Virus record (IMG/VR): IMGVR_UViG_3300027412_000057
Coordinates: 1 to 38,399 of that record
Source: a virus
Taxonomy: Duplodnaviria; Caudoviricetes
Reading direction: 5' to 3' (one strand)
Length of the DNA: 38,399 nucleotides
A program made the position numbers and the translations under genes. Positions 1-8,467 of the stretch are shown one piece after another. The notes under the pieces are model-generated. The model saw nothing but the letters and a program-made list of their open reading frames with translations. It was not told the DNA's origin and made no database searches. The first letter of the stretch is position 1, and every line of letters begins with the position of its first letter.

Positions 1-546
1 TTAAAGTTTTCCGGGGATGGAGCACGCAATCCACGGATTTGCGCTTATCACCAGCGAGCGGGTTTGTCCTGGTTGCAGGTCGCCCCAGAGTTTCCAGCCC
101 AGATTCACGCGCAGACACTTAACATCCGTCCAGCCGTGGACGAAGTAGAGCTGCCAGTATGTAGAGCTGCCAATCACCAACGTGCGAAACACCCACCCGT
201 TGTGTAGCGGTGTATTACTCACCAGCTCGTCGCCGCGTGATGAGTACACGAAGCCATCCAGCACTTGAGCGCCCAGCACGGAAGCATCAAAACCATACGC
301 TGGATTGCGCCACTGCCAGAACACCGTCCACAGGTATTTGCTCATAGTCCACGCCATTTGATTGGTGTGGAACGCCTCATCACCGCAGCACGGTGTATCG
401 GGCTGCTGAAACCAGCTCAGCCATGTAGGTAGCCGGTCGTCCGCCTGCCGGAATAAAGCCAGCGCAGGTGCTAGGATCATCGCCAGAATTGTGATGACAA
501 TCCCAGCGACGGAAAGTAACGCCCACTTGACCACGGATGCGGTCAT
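1..546 (-). CDS. Hypothetical phage protein with N-terminal hydrophobic segment, Trp-rich
   Basis: ATG at 546 overlaps stop of upstream gene (ATGA); hydrophobic N-terminus. Confidence 0.7.
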   Translation of the reverse strand: MTASVVKWALLSVAGIVITILAMILAPALALFRQADDRLPTWLSWFQQPDTPCCGDEAFHTNQMAWTMSKYLWTVFWQWRNPAYGFDASVLGAQVLDGFVYSSRGDELVSNTPLHNGWVFRTLVIGSSTYWQLYFVHGWTDVKCLRVNLGWKLWGDLQPGQTRSLVISANPWIACSIPGKL

Positions 547-857
547 GGCGCGACTGGCCAATCAATCACGTCAGGAAAGCCTGCCTGTTTCGTCATATCC
601 CGCAATGCCTGACGATACGGCTGCCATGTTGCTGCAATAGCATCAGGTATGTCGCGTGCTTGCGTCCAATCACAAGCCGTGAGAAGTGCGTCACGTTGGA
701 TGCGAATGTCATCCACTGATGGTGGCAAAGCAGCTGCCAGATTGATTGCTTCCGCTTCAGCCTCTGTAATGGCTACACAACCCGCAGGTAGTAGATGTTC
801 GAAATATTCGGAGTCAATAAAGTGGACTCGGTTGTTGCTGTCTTTATAGTTTGGCAT
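543..857 (-). CDS. Tail fibre assembly chaperone
   Basis: R..RD.LL..CDWTQ..D...W..YRQALRD...Q.GFP..I.WP..P motif; AAGGA RBS; follows fibre gene. Confidence 0.85.
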   Translation of the reverse strand: MPNYKDSNNRVHFIDSEYFEHLLPAGCVAITEAEAEAINLAAALPPSVDDIRIQRDALLTACDWTQARDIPDAIAATWQPYRQALRDMTKQAGFPDVIDWPVAP

Positions 858-866
858 GATTTTTCC

Positions 867-2051
867 TTATCTCAACTCATAACAGCCGGTCATCGATGTG
901 CCGCCTGTGAATATATAGCTTGCACTGACTGGGATGATGAAAGTGTCAGATGATGTTGTCCCAGCCCCTGCTCCCACACCTAAAATAGCCAGACCATTAA
1001 TGGTGCAACCGACATTGTAGGCTGCGGCATTATGCATCCAAGGTTTTGCTGTTATCGGTTTTCCTGTTGTATTGTAATAAGTTGTACCTATTGCACGGGA
1101 TACAATTTGCCAAGTTTGACCATATCCAAGCGAACTAAGAGCTGCCAACGCCTGACCACCCATCCCCTGGATCGTGCTAGGCACCGTAGCCCAAGTGCCC
1201 GCAGCGGCTTCCGTTATGTCAATAAATCCGACAACTCGGAACGGGACATTCGCCCTGGCGGTCGTCGAGTAGATGACGTTATTCGCGTCCGCCGCTGCGC
1301 TGATTGCGGTTGTTGATATCAACGTCGTTTCGTCGAGATTATTGCCGCCCGCAAGATTGACCACGGCCAGTTCTACGGTGCCGGCGTTGTCGATGGCCAG
1401 TAGCGCCAGGCGCGCGGCTATAGCGGCAACCGTGCCGAGAGTGGCACCGGAAGGCGCGACCAGCGAAAGCGCCGAACCGACAGTTCTGGTATTTACCGTG
1501 CCGCTGTTAAGCGCGCTGCTGCGGAAATCCAGAGAGGTCGGGGCAAGCCCCAGAGTCAGGTTGTTGGCAGCAGCGGTGGCGGCGATCTCCTGTATTTTGC
1601 CGCCGCCGCTTGGCGGAAGCGGATCGAGAATCACCATATCGACTCCGTCGTATTCCACGTCAACGCGCTGGCCTGCAGCCACAACGCCCGCCACTTTCGT
1701 GCCGGCAGCATCGTACTGTTTGAGGTTTTTAACACCCAACCCCGAGATATTGAGCGTGTTGCTACCTGTTGTTCCCGCTGCACTGAACGCCACGTGGAAT
1801 CGCTGGCCGGTTGTGTAAGCGTCAATCGCAGGTAAGGGGGTAAGCGTGAAGGCTGGCGCCGCGCCGGTCGATGCGAATGCCGTGTAGGCCTGCCCCTGGA
1901 TTCCTGCCGACGTGGCCTGCGGCGACCCGCCCGCCGTTACGCCGTCATGGACAACCAGCGCATCCTTGTCGGTGTCGACCGTCACCTCGCCGATTGCGCC
2001 GACGTAGGCGGCGTGCTGTGCCGTGGTACCTCGTTTAAATTGTATGCTCAT
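867..2051 (-). CDS. Receptor-binding/tail fibre protein with Mtd_N-type N-terminus
   Basis: N-terminus IQFKRGTTAQH..Y.GA.GEVTVDTDK..LVVHDG.TAGG resembles the N-terminal domain of Bordetella phage Mtd; Ala/Gly/Thr-rich body; C-terminal GYGQTWQ..SRA.GTTYYNTTGKPI fibre-tip motif. Confidence 0.85.
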   Translation of the reverse strand: MSIQFKRGTTAQHAAYVGAIGEVTVDTDKDALVVHDGVTAGGSPQATSAGIQGQAYTAFASTGAAPAFTLTPLPAIDAYTTGQRFHVAFSAAGTTGSNTLNISGLGVKNLKQYDAAGTKVAGVVAAGQRVDVEYDGVDMVILDPLPPSGGGKIQEIAATAAANNLTLGLAPTSLDFRSSALNSGTVNTRTVGSALSLVAPSGATLGTVAAIAARLALLAIDNAGTVELAVVNLAGGNNLDETTLISTTAISAAADANNVIYSTTARANVPFRVVGFIDITEAAAGTWATVPSTIQGMGGQALAALSSLGYGQTWQIVSRAIGTTYYNTTGKPITAKPWMHNAAAYNVGCTINGLAILGVGAGAGTTSSDTFIIPVSASYIFTGGTSMTGCYELR

Positions 2052-2326
2052 AGTGTTCCTCCAAAATCCAGCCCTACGGATGCAGGGCTACTAAATGAAA
2101 TGACGGGGGTGCTGGGACTGCCCAGCGACCCAAAATCGATGTTGAGATTGCTGCCGACACTGGCCCAATCGGTCGGATAGGACGGAACTTGCACAACCGT
2201 ACCGTCGCTACGCTCAAAGAACATCAGACCATCAGCCACGTTTAACGCCAGTTCTCCTGATATCAACTGTGCGGCAGTCGGCACGACGCCAGCTGTGGCA
2301 CTGCGCCGCATCTGGATCACGTTCAT
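2048..2326 (-). CDS. Small tail fibre adaptor-like protein
   Basis: N-terminal IQMRRSATAG.VP...L..GELALN.ADG; two D-F-G motifs near C-terminus; stop overlaps next start. Confidence 0.75.
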   Translation of the reverse strand: MNVIQMRRSATAGVVPTAAQLISGELALNVADGLMFFERSDGTVVQVPSYPTDWASVGSNLNIDFGSLGSPSTPVISFSSPASVGLDFGGTL

Positions 2327-2328
2327 GA

Positions 2329-3522
2329 CTAGAACGTCCCGCCGTCAATAGCCGCACTCGACGACAAGGCATCGGTGATGCCGTAGCCCGCCAATGTCGT
2401 GGGTTTGCCGGTGATGTTCGCCCAGGCGGGCGTGACGGCAACCGAACCCGCAGCAGTCAGCCGGCCTTTAGCATCCACGGTAAACGTCGGTATTGCCGTG
2501 CCTGATCCATACGCCCCTGCCACCACGGCGGTGTTGGCCAGCGTCATGATAATAGAGATATTCGCGGAGCCGTCGAATGTTGCGGAACCGGTTATATCTC
2601 CGCTATGACCGATACTGCGTGCTGTTTGCAGCACGGTTGCTGAGCCCGCATTGCCGGTAATGGTGTTGATGGTCACCGCGCCGGTTGATCCATTAACGCT
2701 AGACACGGCCTCGGTATTGTCGACTTTGTCCCATACAGCGCCGTTGCTGACAATCCAGTCGCCGATCATCCAGTCGCTGATGGTATCCACCACGGTGGCA
2801 CCTGCCACGCTGACCTTGTAGTAATAGCCTTTGTTTCCGGATGCGGCGAGCGGTATCGTGGGCGTATTGGTGCTGGCGTTCCATACACCCTGGTAATTTA
2901 ACCCGCCCACCGTGGCTGCGGGCAGCTGCGCAGACGGCACTTTGCCGTCAGCCCCCAGAGATGCCACGCCGCTGGCTGCGCCAACTTGACTGGTGGATAC
3001 TGCGCCCACTTGCGCTGCCGTCGGGTACGCATGGACGTGGTCTGATCTTGCAGCTGTGGTTGCTACACCGGCAGAGCCTGATGCAGCCAACGCGGCACCG
3101 GCAGTTGCGCCCAGTTGCAGATAATCGGTGATGCCGTAACCTGCCATCGTGACAGGTTTTCCGGTCGTCAACTTGCTCCAGTCGAGCGCAGGAATGTCGG
3201 AAGCGGCCAGCGACCCGCCAACTGTCACGCGCCCCTTGGCATCCACCGTAACTTTTGCATAAGTGCCTGCGGTAACGCCCGACGCAGCAAGCGTCAGTGC
3301 AATCCCTGCGGCCAGCGTGCCTGTCCCCGTTGCATCTCCTGTCATTGTGATGGAGTCGGCTTTGCGGGCAAAGGTGCCTGGTCCGGCGATGGCCTTAACT
3401 ACCGCGCCGGTTTCTCCGATAAACAGGTTCTGCGACGACTCTGACCATGCGAGTTCACCCACGGCCAGCGCGGGCGGTGTGGCCGTTGTCGCGCTGCGTT
3501 TTATTTGTATTATGTTTGGCAT
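2329..3522 (-). CDS. Tail fibre protein
   Basis: N-terminal IQIKRS...P.L..GELA; repeated TVDAKGR(V/L)T and KP.T.AGYGITD fibre motifs; ends IDGGTF; AGGAG RBS. Confidence 0.85.
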   Translation of the reverse strand: MPNIIQIKRSATTATPPALAVGELAWSESSQNLFIGETGAVVKAIAGPGTFARKADSITMTGDATGTGTLAAGIALTLAASGVTAGTYAKVTVDAKGRVTVGGSLAASDIPALDWSKLTTGKPVTMAGYGITDYLQLGATAGAALAASGSAGVATTAARSDHVHAYPTAAQVGAVSTSQVGAASGVASLGADGKVPSAQLPAATVGGLNYQGVWNASTNTPTIPLAASGNKGYYYKVSVAGATVVDTISDWMIGDWIVSNGAVWDKVDNTEAVSSVNGSTGAVTINTITGNAGSATVLQTARSIGHSGDITGSATFDGSANISIIMTLANTAVVAGAYGSGTAIPTFTVDAKGRLTAAGSVAVTPAWANITGKPTTLAGYGITDALSSSAAIDGGTF

Positions 3523-3535
3523 TCAAATCTCCTAA

Positions 3536-3766
3536 TCAAAAATAACCACCATCGAACGTGAGCGAACTTGTATCCACAGGAGGGCCCTGAATTCCTTGCG
3601 CTCCGGCTCCGCCAGGCAATCCGCGCGGCCCAATAGGCGCGATCGCCACTTCAATTAACACCGGGGCGGGCGCGCTGATGCTCACGCTGGGGGCCGGCAT
3701 TGCAGCGACATCAACTGAAAACTGAGGTCGTGATACGATCTCAATGCTCGGGCCTGGCGTGATCAT
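3536..3766 (-). CDS. Small tail-associated protein with short collagen-like G-X-Y stretch
   Basis: GPRGLPGGAGAQGIQGPP; ends FDGGYF; start overlaps upstream stop. Confidence 0.75.
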   Translation of the reverse strand: MITPGPSIEIVSRPQFSVDVAAMPAPSVSISAPAPVLIEVAIAPIGPRGLPGGAGAQGIQGPPVDTSSLTFDGGYF

Positions 3767-4083
3767 CTGGTTACACCTTCAGTTACCGGAACCAGGAACG
3801 ATTCGGACGAACGGATGACTTCATCCTGAGCAACTTCTATATCGCAGACCAACGCGCCAACGGGCCACAAGCTGGTACTGTCGGCAACCAGCACGAAGGC
3901 GCCCGGAGTGACAACCTGATCACCGACTATTACAGTCAGTGACGCAACCAGCGTGAGCGTGCCATTCGTGCGAAGCTGCGATGTAATCGTCAGCCCCGCC
4001 ACAGAGGTTGGCACGCCCTCATCCTTCCAGGTACAAGCCAGGCTAAACGTATCGCCACGCTTGAATTGAGCAATCGATTTCAT
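3763..4083 (-). CDS. Tail/baseplate-associated beta-sandwich protein (BppU N-terminal-like)
   Basis: KRGDTF.....W.D...P....G.TI.SQLR pattern typical of this family; ATGA coupling to upstream gene. Confidence 0.6.
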   Translation of the reverse strand: MKSIAQFKRGDTFSLACTWKDEGVPTSVAGLTITSQLRTNGTLTLVASLTVIVGDQVVTPGAFVLVADSTSLWPVGALVCDIEVAQDEVIRSSESFLVPVTEGVTR

Positions 4084-4337
4084 GGCAGGTTGCCAAAATC
4101 CATGTTTTTAGGTGCGAACAGGACATTCAATGCCTGCAAAAGTTGGCTGTTATTACCAGGGTCCAATGGCAACCCGGCCGCCTCTGGAATACTGGACAAC
4201 TCCTCCTGGATTGTGTTTTGGAAGGCCGCATTAAACTCTGTCGAATTAACACCGGCGGCCTTATCTCCATCGCGCCAGCCGTGCTTCCCGGCGCCGAACA
4301 GATCTGGTGCTTTATTGGGCGTATTTATTCGATGCAT
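4080..4337 (-). CDS. Mu gp49/S-like fibre N-terminal (baseplate-anchor) domain only, 85 aa
   Basis: MHRINTP....DLFGAGKHG..DGD...G...T..NA...N.IQEEL....EAAGL.LDP motif; AGGAG RBS before ATG 4337; follows gp48. Confidence 0.8.
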   Translation of the reverse strand: MHRINTPNKAPDLFGAGKHGWRDGDKAAGVNSTEFNAAFQNTIQEELSSIPEAAGLPLDPGNNSQLLQALNVLFAPKNMDFGNLP

Positions 4338-4351
4338 ATTGTTATCTCCTG

Positions 4352-4930
4352 TTAAACGTATGCGAATACGGGTGTGGTATTGGCCGGGCAAAATTTACGG
4401 ATAGCACATTCAACCTGTGCATTGCCCCACGATGCCAGAGACGAAGTGCAGTCACTATTGCAATTGGCGGTGAAGACACCACCCGAACTGGGGAGATTGA
4501 TTTGCCAGACAAATCGGTCATCCTCGCTCGATAACGCATCGTTGCAAGTGTCATTACAAGTCATCGGGTGGAATTCGGTGATGGTTGCACCAGGGAATCC
4601 GAGCTTCTCTGCCATCGCAATGAAATAAGCGCGACTTTGTCCGTTTTTCATGGTGAGTTTTGCAGTCAAAGCCGCTTGTCTTTGCTCGATGCTTAATACA
4701 AGGTTGGCGCTACAGCTATCCGCTAGCATTGAGACACGCTCCCAGTCGGAAAGCATCTGCATCGTCGTGCGAGGATCCGACTCGACAAGAATCTGATCAG
4801 CAGTTGATTGAGCGGCATCCAGCGCCGCTCCATCCGCCGACAATTCGACAGACACTATGAGTGCATTAGGGTCGTAGGCGCCTGGCGGCAACAGCCGCTT
4901 GAGCAGATCGGCTGAGATCATTGCGCTCAT
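4352..4930 (-). CDS. Baseplate protein, Mu gp48/YmfQ family
   Basis: LLPPGAY, E.DPRTT..ML.DWER, S.AYFIA.A..LG, EC.I....PA.T motifs; synteny. Confidence 0.9.
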   Translation of the reverse strand: MSAMISADLLKRLLPPGAYDPNALIVSVELSADGAALDAAQSTADQILVESDPRTTMQMLSDWERVSMLADSCSANLVLSIEQRQAALTAKLTMKNGQSRAYFIAMAEKLGFPGATITEFHPMTCNDTCNDALSSEDDRFVWQINLPSSGGVFTANCNSDCTSSLASWGNAQVECAIRKFCPANTTPVFAYV

Positions 4931-5982
4931 GTCAGTGTCACCGTTCCGAGCACGGCCAGCTCGCTATGCGTTGCATCGGCCAGTATCACCACGTTGGCCG
5001 CAGGCGTGGTCAGCGCCACATCCGCCACGCCGCCGATACTCATCATTAAGCTCACAAGTCGAGCAGCGTGAACCGGATTGCCGACATGCAATGTAGCGAA
5101 ATACGATTGCAACAGGCTGTTGATACGTGTCGTAGCATCAACCAGCGTGATGCCGGAGAGCGTTAAAACTGCCACAACATTCACGGCGATTAAACTGGGC
5201 GACATCACCAACAGATCTACACAGGGCGGACGCTGCGCATCAATATAAGTAGTGACATCCGCGAGCAACTGCGCTGAAGGTAAGCCGCCCGCAGCCTCGA
5301 TCACCACATCCACCGCATTTAGCGCACGGCGCTGCGCAAATACATAGGCATCCGTCACGCCCGGCACAGCCATCGCCCATGCGTAATAATCATGTTTTGC
5401 GCCGCCCATCGGTGGCAGGCGCATGTCGTACAGCACGCGCGCCAGCAGATCAGAATCGCTCTCCGCATCTGCGCCGCCCGTCATCGTCACAATACTCGCC
5501 GCAGACTGCACGCCCGCCGGTGCAGCACTCAGCGTTAATGCAGTATCCGCAGCCTGATTTCCTATCAATCCAGCCACCGATGCCTGGGCGGCAATATCTA
5601 CCGTGCCGCCCACACCGATCACACCCGCCGCACTGGTGAGATACGCCACACCGCTGGTCGTCTTAGCTTCAGTTCCGATTGCGATCGCACTACTGGCCAC
5701 GCCGGAAAACCGAATCGTGCCCGTGGCCACAGCAGCCGATTTACGAGCGATGTTTCGCAGGCTGGCATGGCGTTCGAGGTAATCGCTATCCGCCGTATCC
5801 GGAAAGAGCTGACGGACGACCCATTGCTGATGCTGATACAAGCCTTCGACGGCTGAGGCGGTGGCGTTTGCGCGCATGGCAAAATCTGAATCATCGCCCA
5901 CACAGGCATCAGGCCGCTGGTTAGCGATGTCGCGCAAAATATTGGTGCGAATCTGGCGGTAATCTGGTGTGGTAAAAGGCAC
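4927..5982 (-). CDS. Baseplate wedge J-like protein (Mu gp47)
   Basis: QLFPDTAD..YLERHA, GGADAESD..L..R, PP.GG...DY..WA..VPGV. Confidence 0.93.
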   Translation of the reverse strand: MPFTTPDYRQIRTNILRDIANQRPDACVGDDSDFAMRANATASAVEGLYQHQQWVVRQLFPDTADSDYLERHASLRNIARKSAAVATGTIRFSGVASSAIAIGTEAKTTSGVAYLTSAAGVIGVGGTVDIAAQASVAGLIGNQAADTALTLSAAPAGVQSAASIVTMTGGADAESDSDLLARVLYDMRLPPMGGAKHDYYAWAMAVPGVTDAYVFAQRRALNAVDVVIEAAGGLPSAQLLADVTTYIDAQRPPCVDLLVMSPSLIAVNVVAVLTLSGITLVDATTRINSLLQSYFATLHVGNPVHAARLVSLMMSIGGVADVALTTPAANVVILADATHSELAVLGTVTLT

Positions 5983-5983
5983 G

Positions 5984-6352
5984 TTAAATCACTCCGACAG
6001 GGTGTTGAAAAGTTAACGTCTGGCCATTCGCCGCCAGCGCCTTGATCAACAGATTAAGACGGCCTGCAGCACGCTCGGTGGATACGGTGATACTGGTAGC
6101 GCGACCATCAGCGACACAGGGCGCCAGCGCAGCTTCAGCATATTGTTTGGCGAGGATAGCGACCCGCGCGACATCCTTCTCGCGCTTCAACTCATAAAGG
6201 CGACTGCCGATGGTTTTTTCCGCCCAGTAACTACCCAGCGGAATAGACAGACGCAGGTAGCACGCATTGGCCAGGCCGCCTGCCGGATCACGCTCGGCAG
6301 CGCCTTGCAACAGCACATAGTCTTTACTTGTCGGGTCTATCAAGGTATCCAT
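5984..6352 (-). CDS. Baseplate protein Mu gp46
   Basis: GSYWA...IGSRLYEL.REK, YAE.AL.P...DGRA; synteny. Confidence 0.9.
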   Translation of the reverse strand: MDTLIDPTSKDYVLLQGAAERDPAGGLANACYLRLSIPLGSYWAEKTIGSRLYELKREKDVARVAILAKQYAEAALAPCVADGRATSITVSTERAAGRLNLLIKALAANGQTLTFQHPVGVI

Positions 6353-6403
6353 GCCGCGAGGTTACGCGCGCGCGGATGGTCAGTTAAGACGGAACAGGTT
6401 CCG
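6353..6403 (-). promoter_or_regulatory. Putative Mor/C-activated late promoter upstream of gp46
   Basis: Dyad CGGAAC-CT-GTTCCG (6390-6403), 25 nt, -10 TAACCT (6359-6364), 6 nt, ATG; same geometry at three other sites. Confidence 0.8.
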
Positions 6404-6431
6404 CCATTCAAACATTGCGGGTTTTGATGGA

Positions 6432-6989
6432 TTACATCTGCTGAGTCGGCGGGCTGACGCTGCCGCCTTGAGGGTCGTTTTGCGTATGGCCGTTGTAGGT
6501 GGTGCGCATCCCGGCCATGCTCTTGTTGCCGTGGTCGCTAATATCAGCCTGAGCAACAATGCTGCCCGCCACGTTAAGATCGCCGCTCATGTTAACAGTC
6601 GGCGTGGTGATATCCACAGCCAGCGCCGATACCACCTTCATGCGCCGATCTTTCGACAGGATAACGTGATCACCCCATTGGTTATAGATCGCCGCCTCGC
6701 CACTGGCCAACCCCTTGAGGCGTAGCGTGCCGTGCTCGGTAGCGATGACGATGCCGTGTGCAGTCTGACCACCGACCGGCAAGATGATCGCCATCGTGCC
6801 GGCAGGCGGGTTGCTGGTAAAACCAAACTGCTGAAATAACTCGGCATCCTGCAACTGCTCGCCACTCATACCATCCAGCTGTACCAACTGCACCGCGCTG
6901 GCAGATTTCACCAGTGTCAGCACCCCCCTAAAGGTGAGGCGGATGCCGCTTAAGGCGCGGCGAATACGGGCATCTATCGTCTTGATCAT
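6432..6989 (-). CDS. Baseplate spike/assembly protein V (Mu gp45)
   Basis: E.FQQFGFTS.PP.G...I.L.VGG...HG, L..GE.AIY, C-terminal R..YNGH. Confidence 0.92.
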   Translation of the reverse strand: MIKTIDARIRRALSGIRLTFRGVLTLVKSASAVQLVQLDGMSGEQLQDAELFQQFGFTSNPPAGTMAIILPVGGQTAHGIVIATEHGTLRLKGLASGEAAIYNQWGDHVILSKDRRMKVVSALAVDITTPTVNMSGDLNVAGSIVAQADISDHGNKSMAGMRTTYNGHTQNDPQGGSVSPPTQQM

Positions 6990-8104
6990 GTTGCGCTTGG
7001 AAAAACTTGGATTTGCGCAGGCGCACTGTTTTTACCGCGCCGGTGCTTACGTTTGTGCGGATGCGCATCCAGCGCCCAGACGCCATCTTCCTTGAGCGTC
7101 AGCGTGGTACGCGTGCCGTCGCTACGTGAGCGGGTGAACTTACGCGCCATCAGGAAATAAATATCAGCTACTCCGTGCGGTTCTGAAACGACATAGATGC
7201 GCTGGCCGGGGGTCCACAACAGGCCAACTCCTACGCCATCGGTGCTACCGATGCGATGGCCCTGAACCGTAGCCGTCAGCGTCAGCCCCTTCAGACGACT
7301 ATCCGAGATCAGCTTGCGTGCGCGCTTGCGGCAGATGTCGGTATTATCAGCTTCGTGGTCGCTGACAATCTTCGGACGATACCAGCTGATGCCGATATCT
7401 TTTTCAGAGGCGCGCAGCGCGTGTTTTCCCGGCTCAGTTTCCGTACCGTGTGCCTGGCCAAGCACCGTCACCTGCGAATAACGCTCGGCAACCGAATCAG
7501 TCTTGTCCAGGCTGATTACGTTGTTGCCTTGGCCATCCCGGCGTAGCACCAGCGTGGCCACCACAGGCAGGCTGTAGTCAGGCCCTCCGACCACCAGCGT
7601 GCCGTCAGGCTCGAACCACGGCCACAGGCCATTGGCTTCGGCAGCATGCGAAAGCACATCCCATGCGCTGTCGCCAGGCTCGATGTTGATTTTTTCGCGC
7701 GTACTGGTCGCTTCAGCATCGATGCGGATTTTAGTGATGCCCATCGGGCGAACCACCTTGGCGATGATCTCATCCAGGCTGGCCATGCGCGCGGTAAAGA
7801 TCGGCGCGGAACAGTCCAGCAGCACGGCAGCACCATCGCGACCTGACAGCGTCAGGGTATGCGACGCTTTACTAACCTGATGGCTGACCTCATCGATGCG
7901 CCCGGTCATCACCGTATCGCCGCCGACCTTGACTACCACCGGCGCACCGGCAACCACGTCGTGCGGCATCTGCCCGCCAGACATCCCGAGCGTGACATGC
8001 CATGCGTCGGCGGGGGTGAGCAGATCAGAATCGACTTCATAGCTGGACCAGTCGCCGTGCGCTTTTCCGCCGATCAACAGTTCGACATTATCAATCGCAG
8101 GCAT
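6986..8104 (-). CDS. Baseplate hub protein (Mu P/gp44)
   Basis: W.SY..DSDLL.PAD.W, L.GRD....L.DCSAP, LW.PGQR; start placed at ATG 8104 (uncertain). Confidence 0.9.
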   Translation of the reverse strand: MPAIDNVELLIGGKAHGDWSSYEVDSDLLTPADAWHVTLGMSGGQMPHDVVAGAPVVVKVGGDTVMTGRIDEVSHQVSKASHTLTLSGRDGAAVLLDCSAPIFTARMASLDEIIAKVVRPMGITKIRIDAEATSTREKINIEPGDSAWDVLSHAAEANGLWPWFEPDGTLVVGGPDYSLPVVATLVLRRDGQGNNVISLDKTDSVAERYSQVTVLGQAHGTETEPGKHALRASEKDIGISWYRPKIVSDHEADNTDICRKRARKLISDSRLKGLTLTATVQGHRIGSTDGVGVGLLWTPGQRIYVVSEPHGVADIYFLMARKFTRSRSDGTRTTLTLKEDGVWALDAHPHKRKHRRGKNSAPAQIQVFPSAT

Positions 8105-8252
8105 GGTCAATGACTTTAATGATGACGGGTTGATTCGGGATAAGCCACTCAACAGCCTTCATTCCAACCATAACCAGCGCACCGATCAGGATGATAGACG
8201 CCAGTCTTAATGTCAGATTCAGAACAGGATGTGCCTTGATTTTATTTAGCAT
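8091..8252 (-). CDS. Small hypothetical membrane protein
   Basis: 53 aa with one hydrophobic helix; AT-richer than flanks. Confidence 0.5.
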   Translation of the reverse strand: MLNKIKAHPVLNLTLRLASIILIGALVMVGMKAVEWLIPNQPVIIKVIDHACD

Positions 8253-8253
8253 A

Positions 8254-8463
8254 TTACTCTGCATCTCTAGCAGAACTGTCACTCTTGCGTTCATTGAGCC
8301 AGGTGCGGTACTCCATAAAAACCTTCCACCCGCCAAACGAATTCAATAAAGCATGCTGCGCCCGATTACTCAAAAGAGAAACCCAAATTGCGGTCGCAGC
8401 TATAGCGCCGCCCGCAGCCAAACACATAATGATGTAACCAATACACATTGCCACTATATTCAT
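8254..8463 (-). CDS. Small hypothetical membrane protein
   Basis: 69 aa, hydrophobic N-terminal half; fills gap after gp43. Confidence 0.55.
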   Translation of the reverse strand: MNIVAMCIGYIIMCLAAGGAIAATAIWVSLLSNRAQHALLNSFGGWKVFMEYRTWLNERKSDSSARDAE

Positions 8464-8467
8464 TGAA

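Noticed and set aside
1-900. Gin-type invertible segment, mom gene or phage right end
   Set aside because: No invertase, flanking inverted repeats or end-binding repeats recognisable; these may lie outside the window
867-2051. Diversity-generating retroelement suggested by the Mtd-like N-terminus
   Set aside because: No reverse transcriptase, Avd or adenine-variant TR/VR pair found in the window; the C-terminus looks like a fibre tip, not a C-type lectin VR
4080-4337. Pseudogenised (truncated) tail fibre gene
   Set aside because: Has a strong RBS, ATGA coupling to the next gene and a C-terminal motif shared with neighbours; more consistent with an intact short anchor
6404-6430. Sixth copy of the 56-nt element (starts CATTCA, TTGCGG in loop, next to a promoter dyad)
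   Set aside because: Only a short imperfect hairpin; lacks TGCGTGGG and the 14-nt hairpin
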